64,000 nucleotides of DNA from Fimbriimonadia bacterium. GTDB taxonomy: Bacteria; Armatimonadota; Fimbriimonadia; Fimbriimonadales; JABRVX01. The notes beneath the pieces were generated by a model, which saw nothing but the letters and a program-made list of their open reading frames with translations, did no database searches and was not told the DNA's origin. How positions within the stretch are numbered: the first letter of the stretch is position 1; every line of letters starts with the position of its first letter. Positions 28,052 through 37,703 of this stretch are shown piece by piece. Where the stretch lies: positions 64,001-128,000 of the forward strand of contig JBGPGO010000011.1 in NCBI GenBank assembly GCA_041483895.1, read 5' to 3'. A program made the translations under genes and the position numbers.

Positions 28052-28631
28052 TTTGCCCGGCAGCTTCCCTCGATCCAGCTATCCGACCCGCATTCTTGCA
28101 CGCGGCTGCACGGTTTCTCAAGCGGCTTTGGACTAATTCATCGTTAGGCTTGCTCCGTCAGCTTCGCTTGTAATAAGAAATAATGACAGAATTGGTTTGG
28201 CGGTGGGCACGATCAAGAATACCCATTGATGGAGAGGTTGTCAAGCCTACCGAGTAAGCACTGGCGAGCGTCCCCGTCGGCAGCAACCGGCGGGCGCACG
28301 GAGATCCCTGCGAACTCGCGAGGCCGCTGGGGTTACCCGTAGACATGAGCTGCTTACCGTGAATCGGTATCATGCCGAAGTCTCGCTGCCGAAGCAGATT
28401 CCAGTATGGTGGGCCCGCTCGGGGTCTTCGACATGCGGTGAATTCCCCTAACGCAAGGACCGACACCATCGCCGAGATCCCCTGCTCCGGTCTCGGCGGG
28501 CTCTGGTACACCTTCCTCAAACTCGAAGCCACCACCCTCGCACTGATCGCCGAACTATGCTTCGGCCTCGCCGTAAGCCCCGGGTTTGATCGTAACCCTG
28601 ATGGTAGAGAACTGACCGGGGGGGACATTAC

Positions 28632-28805
28632 GTGACGGACCCAATAGGAACGCTCTACACCTCATGGGTTGAGAACCTCGTTCGAGATCTTCAACTCACG
28701 CAAGCCGAAGCCGTTGATGTGGAGGCCAAGCGAGCGGAAAAGCAATTGCCCCGGGACATTCATCGGCCGCTGTCTGCATTTGGTAATCGAGAAGGCGGCG
28801 GCATT
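28632..28805 (+). pseudogene. N-terminal fragment of an AlbA_2/Schlafen-like domain protein
   Basis: EAVDVEAKRAEKQLPRDIHRPLSAFGNREGGGI fits the AlbA_2 pattern E..vE.K...lsAFaN..GG.i; similarity is lost after about 58 codons. Confidence 0.55.
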
Positions 28806-29040
28806 AGGGCCACAGTCGGATCAATAAGGTTGGTGGTCAAGTCGGGCGGCCTCTCAAGGAGCGGATGCATGCAGTCTGGATCGGCTTTAGGCCGAGGGCA
28901 GAGCAGTATCTTCGGCAGACTTTCGACGTCTCAATGGCAAGCTTCCCGCCTGGGTGTGAGTTTAATTCCGAGGGTGTAAGGTATGGCCGGGCTTCCAGTC
29001 TATTGCTTATACATAACACTTTCCCACAAGGAGGCAAGAA

Positions 29041-30252
29041 GTGACATACATAGCAAATTTAGCCCGACGGCAGACTTCGCGGCCGGCGCTGGCAGCCCTA
29101 ATCGTACTCGCGGTCACCGCACAGGCGATGGCGGCAACCTATTCGGTCAACGTCGGTGCCATAAAGGCGAAGTGGGACGATGTGTCCGGAGCCAACTTCT
29201 CCGGCACCGGAATCACCTACTTATATGACGGCCAGGTGTTGATTGTCCTGCCGTCTGGATACGATTCGATCAAGTTCTCGGCGAACTGCTCTGCGGAGAA
29301 CACGTCCTGGTGGTGGTCAAGAGACTTCAAGTTCCAAATCAGAGTTACCGAGGTCAAGGACGGGAACCCGCCGTACATCGATGCGACGACAGCGGCTACC
29401 GGAGGCTTCAATATCGTCGGCCTCTGGGGTAAGAGCAGCGGCACCGTAACGTCTCCCACGGTTTATGTAGGGACCGGAAACTGGAAAATATTCCGTGTAG
29501 CAGTCTATGTGGAAATAGTGAACAAGAAGAACAGCGGATGGATCGGCAAGGGATTCCCTGTGTTCAAGTACCCATCCCGGATTTGTGGCCTAAGCGCATA
29601 CCGGTCGTGCGAGTGGATCCACGAGGCATACCAGCGCCGATGGGCGTTTGAAGCTCTATACAATGGCCAACTGGATATTACTGGGGGTTCATGGATAAGC
29701 ACGGATGAGCTTTGGTACGAATTCATCAATGCCTTGGGCGACGCCGCCAAAGATGATCCCGTCGAAGTAGGTTTCTGGGGCGTTCAAACGCTCCACAATG
29801 TGTTCAATGCATTCATCGCGGAGCTCAATATGTATATCTTGACCCAAGGTTGGAGATCCTCGTGGTGGACGCAGCTCCTGATGGGCGCGACCAACGACAT
29901 GAGGCTCAACTGCGCGAGCGAACAAGGCTACCTCGAACGGCTGTTTTATTCGTTGGACGATAAGGCAACCAAGATAAGCCAAGTCAAATCCATCGTGACA
30001 ACCGAAAGCAGCCTTTTGGCCAAATTCGGGAACTTCTCATATAGCGGCACCACCGTGTACGGCAAAAGTGGTGAGTACATTTTTTCAACGTACCTGACCA
30101 CTCAAAACTACTACCTGATGTTCTTCGGCACGAAGATCACGGACCCGGCCCTTGGCACGCTGAGGAGCCTAATGCAGTACTACTCGAATCTTATCGCGGC
30201 CGACCAGACCATCGTCAATGGACGGACCAGTGACGCGGGCCTGTTGTATTGA
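29041..30252 (+). CDS. Secreted hypothetical protein
   Basis: AGGAGG RBS, GTG start, signal peptide ending AQAMA, 403-aa ORF followed by a terminator-like hairpin. Confidence 0.75.
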   Translation: MTYIANLARRQTSRPALAALIVLAVTAQAMAATYSVNVGAIKAKWDDVSGANFSGTGITYLYDGQVLIVLPSGYDSIKFSANCSAENTSWWWSRDFKFQIRVTEVKDGNPPYIDATTAATGGFNIVGLWGKSSGTVTSPTVYVGTGNWKIFRVAVYVEIVNKKNSGWIGKGFPVFKYPSRICGLSAYRSCEWIHEAYQRRWAFEALYNGQLDITGGSWISTDELWYEFINALGDAAKDDPVEVGFWGVQTLHNVFNAFIAELNMYILTQGWRSSWWTQLLMGATNDMRLNCASEQGYLERLFYSLDDKATKISQVKSIVTTESSLLAKFGNFSYSGTTVYGKSGEYIFSTYLTTQNYYLMFFGTKITDPALGTLRSLMQYYSNLIAADQTIVNGRTSDAGLLY

Positions 30253-30270
30253 TCGCCGCTTGGACCGAAG

Positions 30271-30309
30271 ATTCCCCGTGACGGTCTGCGCCACGGGGAA
30301 TTTTCATTT
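30271..30309 (+). terminator. Intrinsic terminator candidate
   Basis: 10-bp stem ATTCCCCGTG/CACGGGGAAT followed by a T-rich tract, 19 nt after the 30252 stop. Confidence 0.6.
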
Positions 30310-30570
30310 CGAGTGCGCCGGGTGGTCCTCTATAGGAGATCCAATGCTTACCGGCTCCCCATCCCTTGGCAGCAGAAGACCACAATGCCGCCGTGTTGTG
30401 CTTGGCCGGTGGCCTGGTCAAGGACTTTGCCGAACGCCGCTTGCTTAAGGAATGAGCCGCATGGCTCCTGATTCCGATCCACTCTAACAGAACGAATCTC
30501 CCGCTTGTTCTGAACCTCTTGGGGGATTCCTGGGAGCGGACGGTTGGACTTCATCCTCTCCGGACGGCAC

Positions 30571-30981
30571 TCACCGTTGTACGATGATCGCAACGTTTCC
30601 GGTCGCAGGGGTTGTAAACTCCGCTTTCACGCCCACGCCGAAAGGCTCGAAGTCTGCCTGCCCAATAACGGAACCGTCCTCGGAGATCAGCATTGCCCGT
30701 TGAGGCGCCGCGTCTGCCGGTGCGAAGAGGGTTAGAAGCGTTTGATCCCCAGCCGGCGCGGCGTACAGCTCGAGGGATAAATCCGGCCCGTCGACTTTGG
30801 CGCCTACGTCGGGACCTTCCGCGCCTTCCGCCGACATGGCCACAGCCCGGACCGGCGTGAGGCGGGCTTCCGCGCCTTTCTCCATACAGTCACGCAAGAG
30901 CGCAACGAGCCCACCGGTCGCCAACCTGCCCGTTTCGAGGGCAATCGCGACAGCGGCGACGTGAATGAGACCAGGATTCAT
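30571..30981 (-). CDS. Hypothetical protein
   Basis: ORF with a purine-rich RBS (GAGAGAGG) before ATG 30981; no family recognised. Confidence 0.5.
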   Translation of the reverse strand: MNPGLIHVAAVAIALETGRLATGGLVALLRDCMEKGAEARLTPVRAVAMSAEGAEGPDVGAKVDGPDLSLELYAAPAGDQTLLTLFAPADAAPQRAMLISEDGSVIGQADFEPFGVGVKAEFTTPATGNVAIIVQR

Positions 30982-31038
30982 TTCGACTTGCCTCTCTCTC
31001 CGTGCGAACACGATTTGAAGTTGACCGACTCGTCCTCG

Positions 31039-31066
31039 GCTTTCATAAAGATCCTTTACCGATAGC
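31039..31066 (+). other. Degenerate copy of the 28-bp dif-like recombination site
   Basis: GCTTTCATAAA GATCCT TTACCGATAGC; 21/28 identical to the copy at 59282; intergenic under the 30981 start assignment. Confidence 0.55.
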
Positions 31067-31112
31067 AAAGGACCGGCCAATAACCGCTAATCTACGCACC
31101 CGATTCGCCGGC

Positions 31113-31655
31113 TCAGCGTATCTCCACAACGACCGATTGGGTATTCACCGTCCCTCGCCACTCTGCGTTCGATTGCGCTTTGCCGAGGGTGCTGTCATAG
31201 TGAACGCTTACGGAATACTTGCCCGCACGAAGACCGTCGAAATACCAGATGCCGCCAAAGCCATCGTCTCCCTGCAAACGCAATGCGCCGTTGGCCTCCA
31301 GAAGCGATGCAGAGAGGTGAACGACGTACGAGGCGTCTTTGGCCAGGAGCGGTGTTGTTGTCTTCCCGGGCCGAGTTCCGTTGCGGCCGCCGTCAATCCG
31401 TAGGTCTTTTCCGTCGGTGTCCTTGAGAACCATCCGTACCGTGTCGAAGAGCGAAAACGCCTGCGGCTTCGCATCCCGGTTGGTTATCGTGAGCCGCAGG
31501 TCTATCTTTGTCCGACCCCGGTTCTTTGGAGCGTGCCAAACACTATCGGCGGACACAACGAATTCGGCGCCTTGCGCGAGGATAGGCTTAGACGCCACAG
31601 CGCCCTTCATGGAATGCGGTGGCGGCGCGGACACCTGATAGCACCCGGCCGCCAC
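31113..31655 (-). CDS. Hypothetical exported protein, probable lipoprotein, Ig-like
   Basis: Beta-rich ORF with LRLTITN and LRAGKYSVSVHY; the in-frame upstream sequence supplies a hydrophobic stretch and lipobox VAAGC; true start unclear. Confidence 0.6.
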   Translation of the reverse strand: MAAGCYQVSAPPPHSMKGAVASKPILAQGAEFVVSADSVWHAPKNRGRTKIDLRLTITNRDAKPQAFSLFDTVRMVLKDTDGKDLRIDGGRNGTRPGKTTTPLLAKDASYVVHLSASLLEANGALRLQGDDGFGGIWYFDGLRAGKYSVSVHYDSTLGKAQSNAEWRGTVNTQSVVVEIR

Positions 31656-31690
31656 GCAAACAAGGCTGATCCAGATGAACCCGCAGCGTG

Positions 31691-32443
31691 CTACTTTCTC
31701 CTCCTGCGCAAACCCAATACGCCGATTGCGCCGACGGCTAGAGCGGCAAGTGAGCTAGGTTCGGGCACCGGAGTGCAATGATTCTCCCAGCCCCAGAAAA
31801 CTCCACCGTAGATTCTCGCCTGCTTGTTCCCGGTCTCGACCACTAAGTGCAGCTCAGCGTTCCAATAATGGTCCTTGCATCCGTCAGGCCGCTGCGAAAA
31901 GTCGTAGAAGCCGGTGCCGTTCGCAGCGAACCCGTCGTCATAGTACGGAGTCGTGGCTGTAGAGGCAACGTCTACGATATTCTCGACGACGCCGTGACCA
32001 CCGTTAATCGCGTGATTGTCGGTGACGACCTGGATCCAGTGAACTTTGGCCGTCGGATCGGCTCCATGCGCTGCGTACTCGAGGTCAATCTCCGCTCCGA
32101 CAAGTCCGGGCGATCCCACTACGTGGTACGTGTGCACAACCAAGCTATCGTCGGACAGTTCCGCGGCGGCGGATGTAAACTGCCATCCCGCGTAAGCGCC
32201 GGTCAGAACGTCGAAGAAATTGTTTGTGACGGCGCGCTGGTACGTGACTTTGCTCGGAACAAGGTTCGCCTCACAGTTCATGTCGGGGTTGGTACACTTG
32301 TACTTTTCTTGCGGTTTATAGTCGCCGTTGGTCGTGTACCCGAACACGGTGCGGACCTTATAGTCTTCCTTTACGATGCCCGCGTACGAAACCGAGCCGA
32401 TCGTGGCCAATAGCCACATCGAAGTAATTGCAATCTTTCGCAT
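31691..32443 (-). CDS. PEP-CTERM sorting domain protein
   Basis: Signal peptide; C-terminal VPEPSSLAALAVGAIGVLGLRRRRK. Confidence 0.92.
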   Translation of the reverse strand: MRKIAITSMWLLATIGSVSYAGIVKEDYKVRTVFGYTTNGDYKPQEKYKCTNPDMNCEANLVPSKVTYQRAVTNNFFDVLTGAYAGWQFTSAAAELSDDSLVVHTYHVVGSPGLVGAEIDLEYAAHGADPTAKVHWIQVVTDNHAINGGHGVVENIVDVASTATTPYYDDGFAANGTGFYDFSQRPDGCKDHYWNAELHLVVETGNKQARIYGGVFWGWENHCTPVPEPSSLAALAVGAIGVLGLRRRRK

Positions 32444-32849
32444 GTCTAATCCCCCTTCTCCTACAAGTTGGCCAGCCAGTGCAAACGCAAAGGAACCAAT
32501 TCATCGCCGAAGGTGGGGAGAAATACAACAAGCGCAGTCAACAAGAACCGGTGCGGTCTAAGGTCGCAACATAGTAACATTCTTTGGATCGTTTGTCAAG
32601 ATTTGGCTGGGCATTAAGCGCCCGCGGAAGTTCCTACCGGCGACGAACGGCAACAATATCCCCGAGTTCTATGGACTTCTAACCCCGCCCCGGCAACCCG
32701 TCAGCCAAGTAGCCGAACGCCCCTCTGTCGTACGGGTCTGAGCCACCGAATCGACCTGGAGCGTCTGATACTCAGGTTCCCAAGACTAGAATCATGATGC
32801 CCGTTGGACTGGACTTCTGCGTCCACCCCTGGTACATGTCGTGTTCGTT

Positions 32850-33324
32850 CGGGGAGCGGAGACGTGCAGTCCTGCGCGAGGCGACTTCGACCCGGAGGCG
32901 AAGACGCCGGCGGTTCGCGGGAAGGGGCAGGCGCTGATGACGCTCAGCGATAAGGCCATCGAGGTGATCGGCGACTACCTGGCCTGCCGAGATGACGACC
33001 GACCGGAACTGTTCCTCTCCTGCGCTGGCCGGCTTTCAGGCATCTCCGGCGTCGGGCTGGCGTTCATGGCAAGGCACTACGCAAGGAAGGCCGGTATTCA
33101 GAACTTCAGCCTCCACAAGTGGCGGCACACGAGCATCACCGCCTACCTGCACGCCACAAACGGCGACGTGCGGGCGCACAGAAGCCCGCCGCCATTCTAA
33201 GCTGGAGACGCTGATGATCTACTGATCCCTGGATGCGACCGGTCTCCTGACCGAGTCGCAATATGGTGACACATGGGAGGACTTACAGGGACGGGCGACG
33301 AAGCTATTGTCGGAACTGGCCTAG
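32850..33324 (+). pseudogene. Degraded tyrosine recombinase catalytic domain, paralog of 59990-60643
   Basis: High nucleotide similarity to ~60185-60643; HKWRHTSIT retained; in-frame deletions, a 1-nt frameshift near 33187 and a REP insertion at 33222. Confidence 0.88.
33222..33261 (+). repeat. Single REP-like copy inserted in the recombinase pseudogene
   Basis: CTGATCCCTGGATGCGACCGGTCTCCTGACCGAGTCGCAA, absent from the paralog and flanked by TA on both sides. Confidence 0.88.
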
Positions 33325-33529
33325 AGCCAGGTATTAAGAGATCAACCTCTGAGTAGATTCATCCCGGCTTGCAGGCTTCTCCCGACGGAGATGACATGGG
33401 CGAACAATCATCGTTTCCTTTACAATCCGCAATCGCGAACGAGGGCTCACGTATGTATTTCGTTCCGCGAGCTAAACTACGCACGTCCTTCGCCCCTCCG
33501 TGGCATAGAAACACCCCCGAAGTGGTCGG

Positions 33530-36130
33530 ATGCTAGCCGCTCTTATTATACTGTCGCTGCCGGCGTTCGACTTCATCAAGAGTGTCGAGGGCTGGCAGCC
33601 GTACCACGACGTGTCCCGGCTCTCGGGGACGCCCGAGGGAATGCTTATCGAGATCAGCGGCATGGACCCGTACGTGGGAGGCCCGCCGAGCGACTTCCCG
33701 GCTGGGCAAGCGCTGTGGGCAAAGCTGAGGCTCAAGTCCGATCAGGGCGGCGACGGACAGCTTTTCTGGTTTACCGACGCCAAGCCACCGAGCGAAGAGA
33801 CGTCCGTGCACTTTAGCGTGCCGAAGCCCGGCGAATGGTGCGACGTGCGGATGAAGTTGCCGGCGCTGGGGCCAGGTACGCGCATCCGGCTCGACCTTCC
33901 AGGAACCGGCGGCAAGTGCGTCTTTGCATCGCTTGTATTTGAGCCGCGCAACATGCCGATAGCGCCGAAGTGGCTGCCACTTCTTTCGCCGCAGTACACG
34001 GACCCGCAGCAAGCTGCGTCGGGAAGTCTCGCCCTCGTACACGACGGCGAGACCTTCGGCGGTTTTCACCTGCTGGTGGACGGCGAACTCATGGCGATCG
34101 GAAACGATCGGCCGATGATCGGATACCTCCACGGCGAGGAGACGCGGTGGTTGGACGTGGCCAAAGTCGCCAAACCGTCAACTTGGCTGGAAACAAATGG
34201 CGTTGTGGCCGACGCGAAGTTCACGGATTCGGATGGCGCGAATTGGCACATCACGCAGGTTTTCATCGAGGGTAAACCCGGCAGCTTCGATGTGGTCACA
34301 AGCGTCACGGTGGATCGAGATAGGGAGGTGGTCTTCCTTCCGATGCTGACACTGCTGCCGGGAGTTAACAGTTATGGAGCGAAGAAAGGCCACGCGTTGT
34401 TCGCCGGCCTCGAATATCTGGATGATGAGCCGAGCAGCTCCGAAGCGGACATCACCGGACCGGGCGCCAAGCGCCAGGTTCCGGATGCGGAGAAGATCAC
34501 GATCCCGCTGATGGCGGTTCAGGCCAATGGCCACTATATCGGCGTCATCTGGGACCAGAAGCCGGAGTTTGCGGCCGTTTTCGATTCGCCGGACCGGCTG
34601 TTCGGATACGGTGGGCACGTCATGTCCCTCGTGTTCCCGGCGGGGGTCGAACGCGAGCCCGGGTCACTCGTTCCGTACGACACCGCGCTTCTCGCAGCAA
34701 ACAAGCCGCTCGTCTTGAAAGCGACGATCATCGGCGGCAAGGGATCCAGCGTCGTTCCGGCGGTACGTCAGTACATTGCGCTGCGCGGCCTGCCCGTCGT
34801 GCCCAAGACCGGTTTGGACATGCAGGCCTACGTTCGGTTCGCGGCGGGTGGATGGCTAGATTCGCGTTTGCGCGAAGGCGACAAATATCGGCATGCCTAC
34901 TGGCCCGGCGCCACGAGCTTCGGCCCGGGGGCAGTGGCAGGAGTCGGCGTATGGGAGGAGTGGCTGGCGCGGCAGACGACCGATCCAGCATTGTCGAAAC
35001 GTCTCGACGAATCGGCAAGAGGCGCTGTCGCGCAAGTTCAGCCTGCCGACACCAACGCCTCGGACGTCTCGCATGTGCGCTATCCCGTCGCTTCTCTTCT
35101 TTATGGGCATGTCGAGGAGAACGCCGAGCGCGCGCTCGCCGCCGGTCGTGAGCTTGTAAAGCGCTTTGGACCGAACGGCTCGCTTCTCTACAAGCCCACC
35201 GGACCCGACTACGGCAAGACGCATTTCGCCAAGGACGCCAACGGACATACAGCCAGCGTCGTCCGCGCACTGCTCGAAGACGCCATCTTCTGCGGCGACG
35301 AGGCGCTGATTCGCGACGGCCTGCGACTGCTGCGTGCGATGGACAAGTTCGCAGACTCGGCCCCCCGCGGCGCGCAGACCTGGGAGGTGCCGCTTCACAC
35401 CCCTGACATCCTGGCGTCCGCCGAGCTTGTGCGCGCGTACACCATCGGCTATGAGCTGACCGGAGAATGGCAGATGCTCGATAGGGCGAAGTACTGGGCG
35501 TGGACCGGCGTGCCGTTCGTGTACCTGGTCAACCCGACTCCGGGCCCCGTCGGGCTTTACGCCACAATCCCCGTCTTCGGCGCGACCAACTGGACCTGGT
35601 CCTGGTTCGGCCTGCCCGTGCAGTGGTGCGGGCTGGTCTACTCGGACGCACTCTATCGGCTGGTCCGCCACGACCCTAGCGGCCCGTGGAAGCGGCTTGC
35701 CGACGGCATCACGGCTTCCGGCATTCAACAGAGTTTCCACGCGACCGACCACGACCTGCAGGGACTCCTACCCGATTCGTTCAACCTCCGCCCGCAGACG
35801 CGAAACGGCGTGGCCATCAACCCCGGGACCGTGGAGGCGAACGCCATTCGCCTGTTCGGCGGGCCGGAGCTATACGACTTCCGATCGCTGCGCAAAGCCG
35901 GGCTGCTCGTTCACGCCCCCGGGGAGATCGCGGGGATTCGCGACACCAAAGGCGCGGCGTCGTTTACGGTGAAGGGCTGGTCCAACCACCCATACTATAT
36001 CCTCATCTCCGGCCTGAAAAGGCAACCGACCGTGCGCTTGAACGGGCAGGCGGCCACTGACGCCGAGTTTGCGAACGGACGCCTAGTTGTGAAGGTCGAA
36101 GGCACCGCGAAGATCGCCATTGTCCTTTAG
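33530..36130 (+). CDS. Large secreted hypothetical protein, possibly carbohydrate-active
   Basis: Short N-terminal hydrophobic segment; CBM-like N-terminus (RIRLDLP); C-terminal helical region with PRGAQTWEVPLHTPDILAS and WFGLPVQWCGLVY; family not named. Confidence 0.75.
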   Translation: MLAALIILSLPAFDFIKSVEGWQPYHDVSRLSGTPEGMLIEISGMDPYVGGPPSDFPAGQALWAKLRLKSDQGGDGQLFWFTDAKPPSEETSVHFSVPKPGEWCDVRMKLPALGPGTRIRLDLPGTGGKCVFASLVFEPRNMPIAPKWLPLLSPQYTDPQQAASGSLALVHDGETFGGFHLLVDGELMAIGNDRPMIGYLHGEETRWLDVAKVAKPSTWLETNGVVADAKFTDSDGANWHITQVFIEGKPGSFDVVTSVTVDRDREVVFLPMLTLLPGVNSYGAKKGHALFAGLEYLDDEPSSSEADITGPGAKRQVPDAEKITIPLMAVQANGHYIGVIWDQKPEFAAVFDSPDRLFGYGGHVMSLVFPAGVEREPGSLVPYDTALLAANKPLVLKATIIGGKGSSVVPAVRQYIALRGLPVVPKTGLDMQAYVRFAAGGWLDSRLREGDKYRHAYWPGATSFGPGAVAGVGVWEEWLARQTTDPALSKRLDESARGAVAQVQPADTNASDVSHVRYPVASLLYGHVEENAERALAAGRELVKRFGPNGSLLYKPTGPDYGKTHFAKDANGHTASVVRALLEDAIFCGDEALIRDGLRLLRAMDKFADSAPRGAQTWEVPLHTPDILASAELVRAYTIGYELTGEWQMLDRAKYWAWTGVPFVYLVNPTPGPVGLYATIPVFGATNWTWSWFGLPVQWCGLVYSDALYRLVRHDPSGPWKRLADGITASGIQQSFHATDHDLQGLLPDSFNLRPQTRNGVAINPGTVEANAIRLFGGPELYDFRSLRKAGLLVHAPGEIAGIRDTKGAASFTVKGWSNHPYYILISGLKRQPTVRLNGQAATDAEFANGRLVVKVEGTAKIAIVL

Positions 36131-36273
36131 CATCGTTCCGTTACCGCTCATGTCCACGTTCGCGATCCTCTTGCCCTCGTACCCCAGGGTGACGGGTTGC
36201 TTGCAGACCGTTCGGGGCGATCTCGCTGGAGAGCTTTTCCCCTCAGCAACGATGGGATGGCATAGTTAATTCA

Positions 36274-36301
36274 CCTATCGAAAATCGCCATTATCGGTAC
36301 C
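36274..36301 (+). other. 28-bp dif-like recombination site A
   Basis: CCTATCGAAAA TCGCCA TTATCGGTACC; intergenic. Confidence 0.75.
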
Positions 36302-36416
36302 AACACAACATGTACCAAGGGTCTGCTAGCAAATCCAGTCGTAGGAGAAAACGTCGGCGCCCGCGCCTGGAATTGCTACGGCATACAGTTTCAGAAGGCT
36401 ATGGTTCGGTGGCAGT

Positions 36417-37571
36417 TCACTTGCTCAAAGGGACCAGAATCGTAACAACGAAAAGTATGCCAGCCGCTAGAAGATAGGGCGACATGGGCAGCCAATCGAA
36501 CAACAGTCCGCCCAGAATTGGCCCGATCAAGAATCCCAATGAGCGGCTTGACTGAAGCATGCCGAACAATTCCCCCTGGCGATCAGGGGGTGTCAGATTG
36601 CTCGCAAGCCCGCTAATGATAGGATTGGCTCCACCCACTCCAACGCCATGTATCGAAGCAGCGAGCACAAGCATTTTCATGCCAGGCATAAAGGGCATCA
36701 TCGCTATTCCGCTGCCTTGGAGGAAATACGATGCGCGTAACGCGACGTGCTCGGAGCAATGACGCAAAACGAACGGCAAGAAGAATCCTTGAATGAGCAT
36801 TGCAACCGTCGCCTCTACCCCCAAGATGAAGCCGAATTCCAGTTGACCGTAACCAAATCTAAGATGAATCAATCGCCCAAACGTCCCTTCCAAACATGCT
36901 AGGGCGAACCAGCCAATGAGGGCGACGAGGAACAGTCGCATCAGTTCAGGATGACTTCTCAGGAACGAAACGCGATTCGGGGTTGAAGGAGGGCGGCTGT
37001 CCCCGATCGGAGCGACGGAAGGCAGTGCAACACCAAGCCAAAGCGCACCGATGAACGAAGCCGATGCGGCTACCAGACCGATCGCCATGTTGCCGCCGAC
37101 TTGGGCAAGCCAACCGCCGATTACCGGTCCCAAAATCAGTCCGGCGGTTACCGATGCGCCGATCCTGCCCAACCCAACCGTGCGCTCGCCACTCGCCGTC
37201 GCATCGGCAACATATGCTTGCGCCAGGACGACGTTCGCTCCGCCCAATCCAGCAAGAACCCTGGCAGCCAACAGCCAACTCATGTCGGTGGCAAATGCAT
37301 ACACGATCATTGATACCGCTGAGATGAGCGTACATACGACGAGAATTGGCTTTCGACCCACGCGGTCGCTCACACGACCCCAGCGCGGCGATGCGCCAAC
37401 TTGGACAAGAAAGTAACTGGACAATGCAGTTCCGATAAGCCACCCCGGTGCTCCGAAGCTCTCCGCTCGCAGTTGGAAGTCCGGGAACACCATCCCAAAT
37501 CCGATGAGGTCGAGAAAGACGGCAAGGAGCAGAGTAAACTCTGTACGGTTCGAATGATGTTGCTTGTTCAC
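36417..37571 (-). CDS. MFS transporter, TetA/DHA1-like
   Basis: VFLDLIGFG, motif A GRVSDRVGRKP, motif C GLILGPVIGG; multiple TM segments. Confidence 0.88.
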   Translation of the reverse strand: MNKQHHSNRTEFTLLLAVFLDLIGFGMVFPDFQLRAESFGAPGWLIGTALSSYFLVQVGASPRWGRVSDRVGRKPILVVCTLISAVSMIVYAFATDMSWLLAARVLAGLGGANVVLAQAYVADATASGERTVGLGRIGASVTAGLILGPVIGGWLAQVGGNMAIGLVAASASFIGALWLGVALPSVAPIGDSRPPSTPNRVSFLRSHPELMRLFLVALIGWFALACLEGTFGRLIHLRFGYGQLEFGFILGVEATVAMLIQGFFLPFVLRHCSEHVALRASYFLQGSGIAMMPFMPGMKMLVLAASIHGVGVGGANPIISGLASNLTPPDRQGELFGMLQSSRSLGFLIGPILGGLLFDWLPMSPYLLAAGILFVVTILVPLSK

Positions 37572-37703
37572 CTACTGAAGCCTTTGGAAGCGTCGGGCAT
37601 GCCGTGGCCCAGCGCAGTCGAATTCACGGAGCGAACCACGCTCTTGAATTGCCGATCAGAATGCGTTCGCCAGGATCGGTAACAAATGGGCACACCATAT
37701 GCG

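Noticed and set aside
28372..28635. 87-aa ORF with coding-like codon usage in its second half
   Set aside because: Probably a gene fragment, but I cannot assign a family or a credible start.
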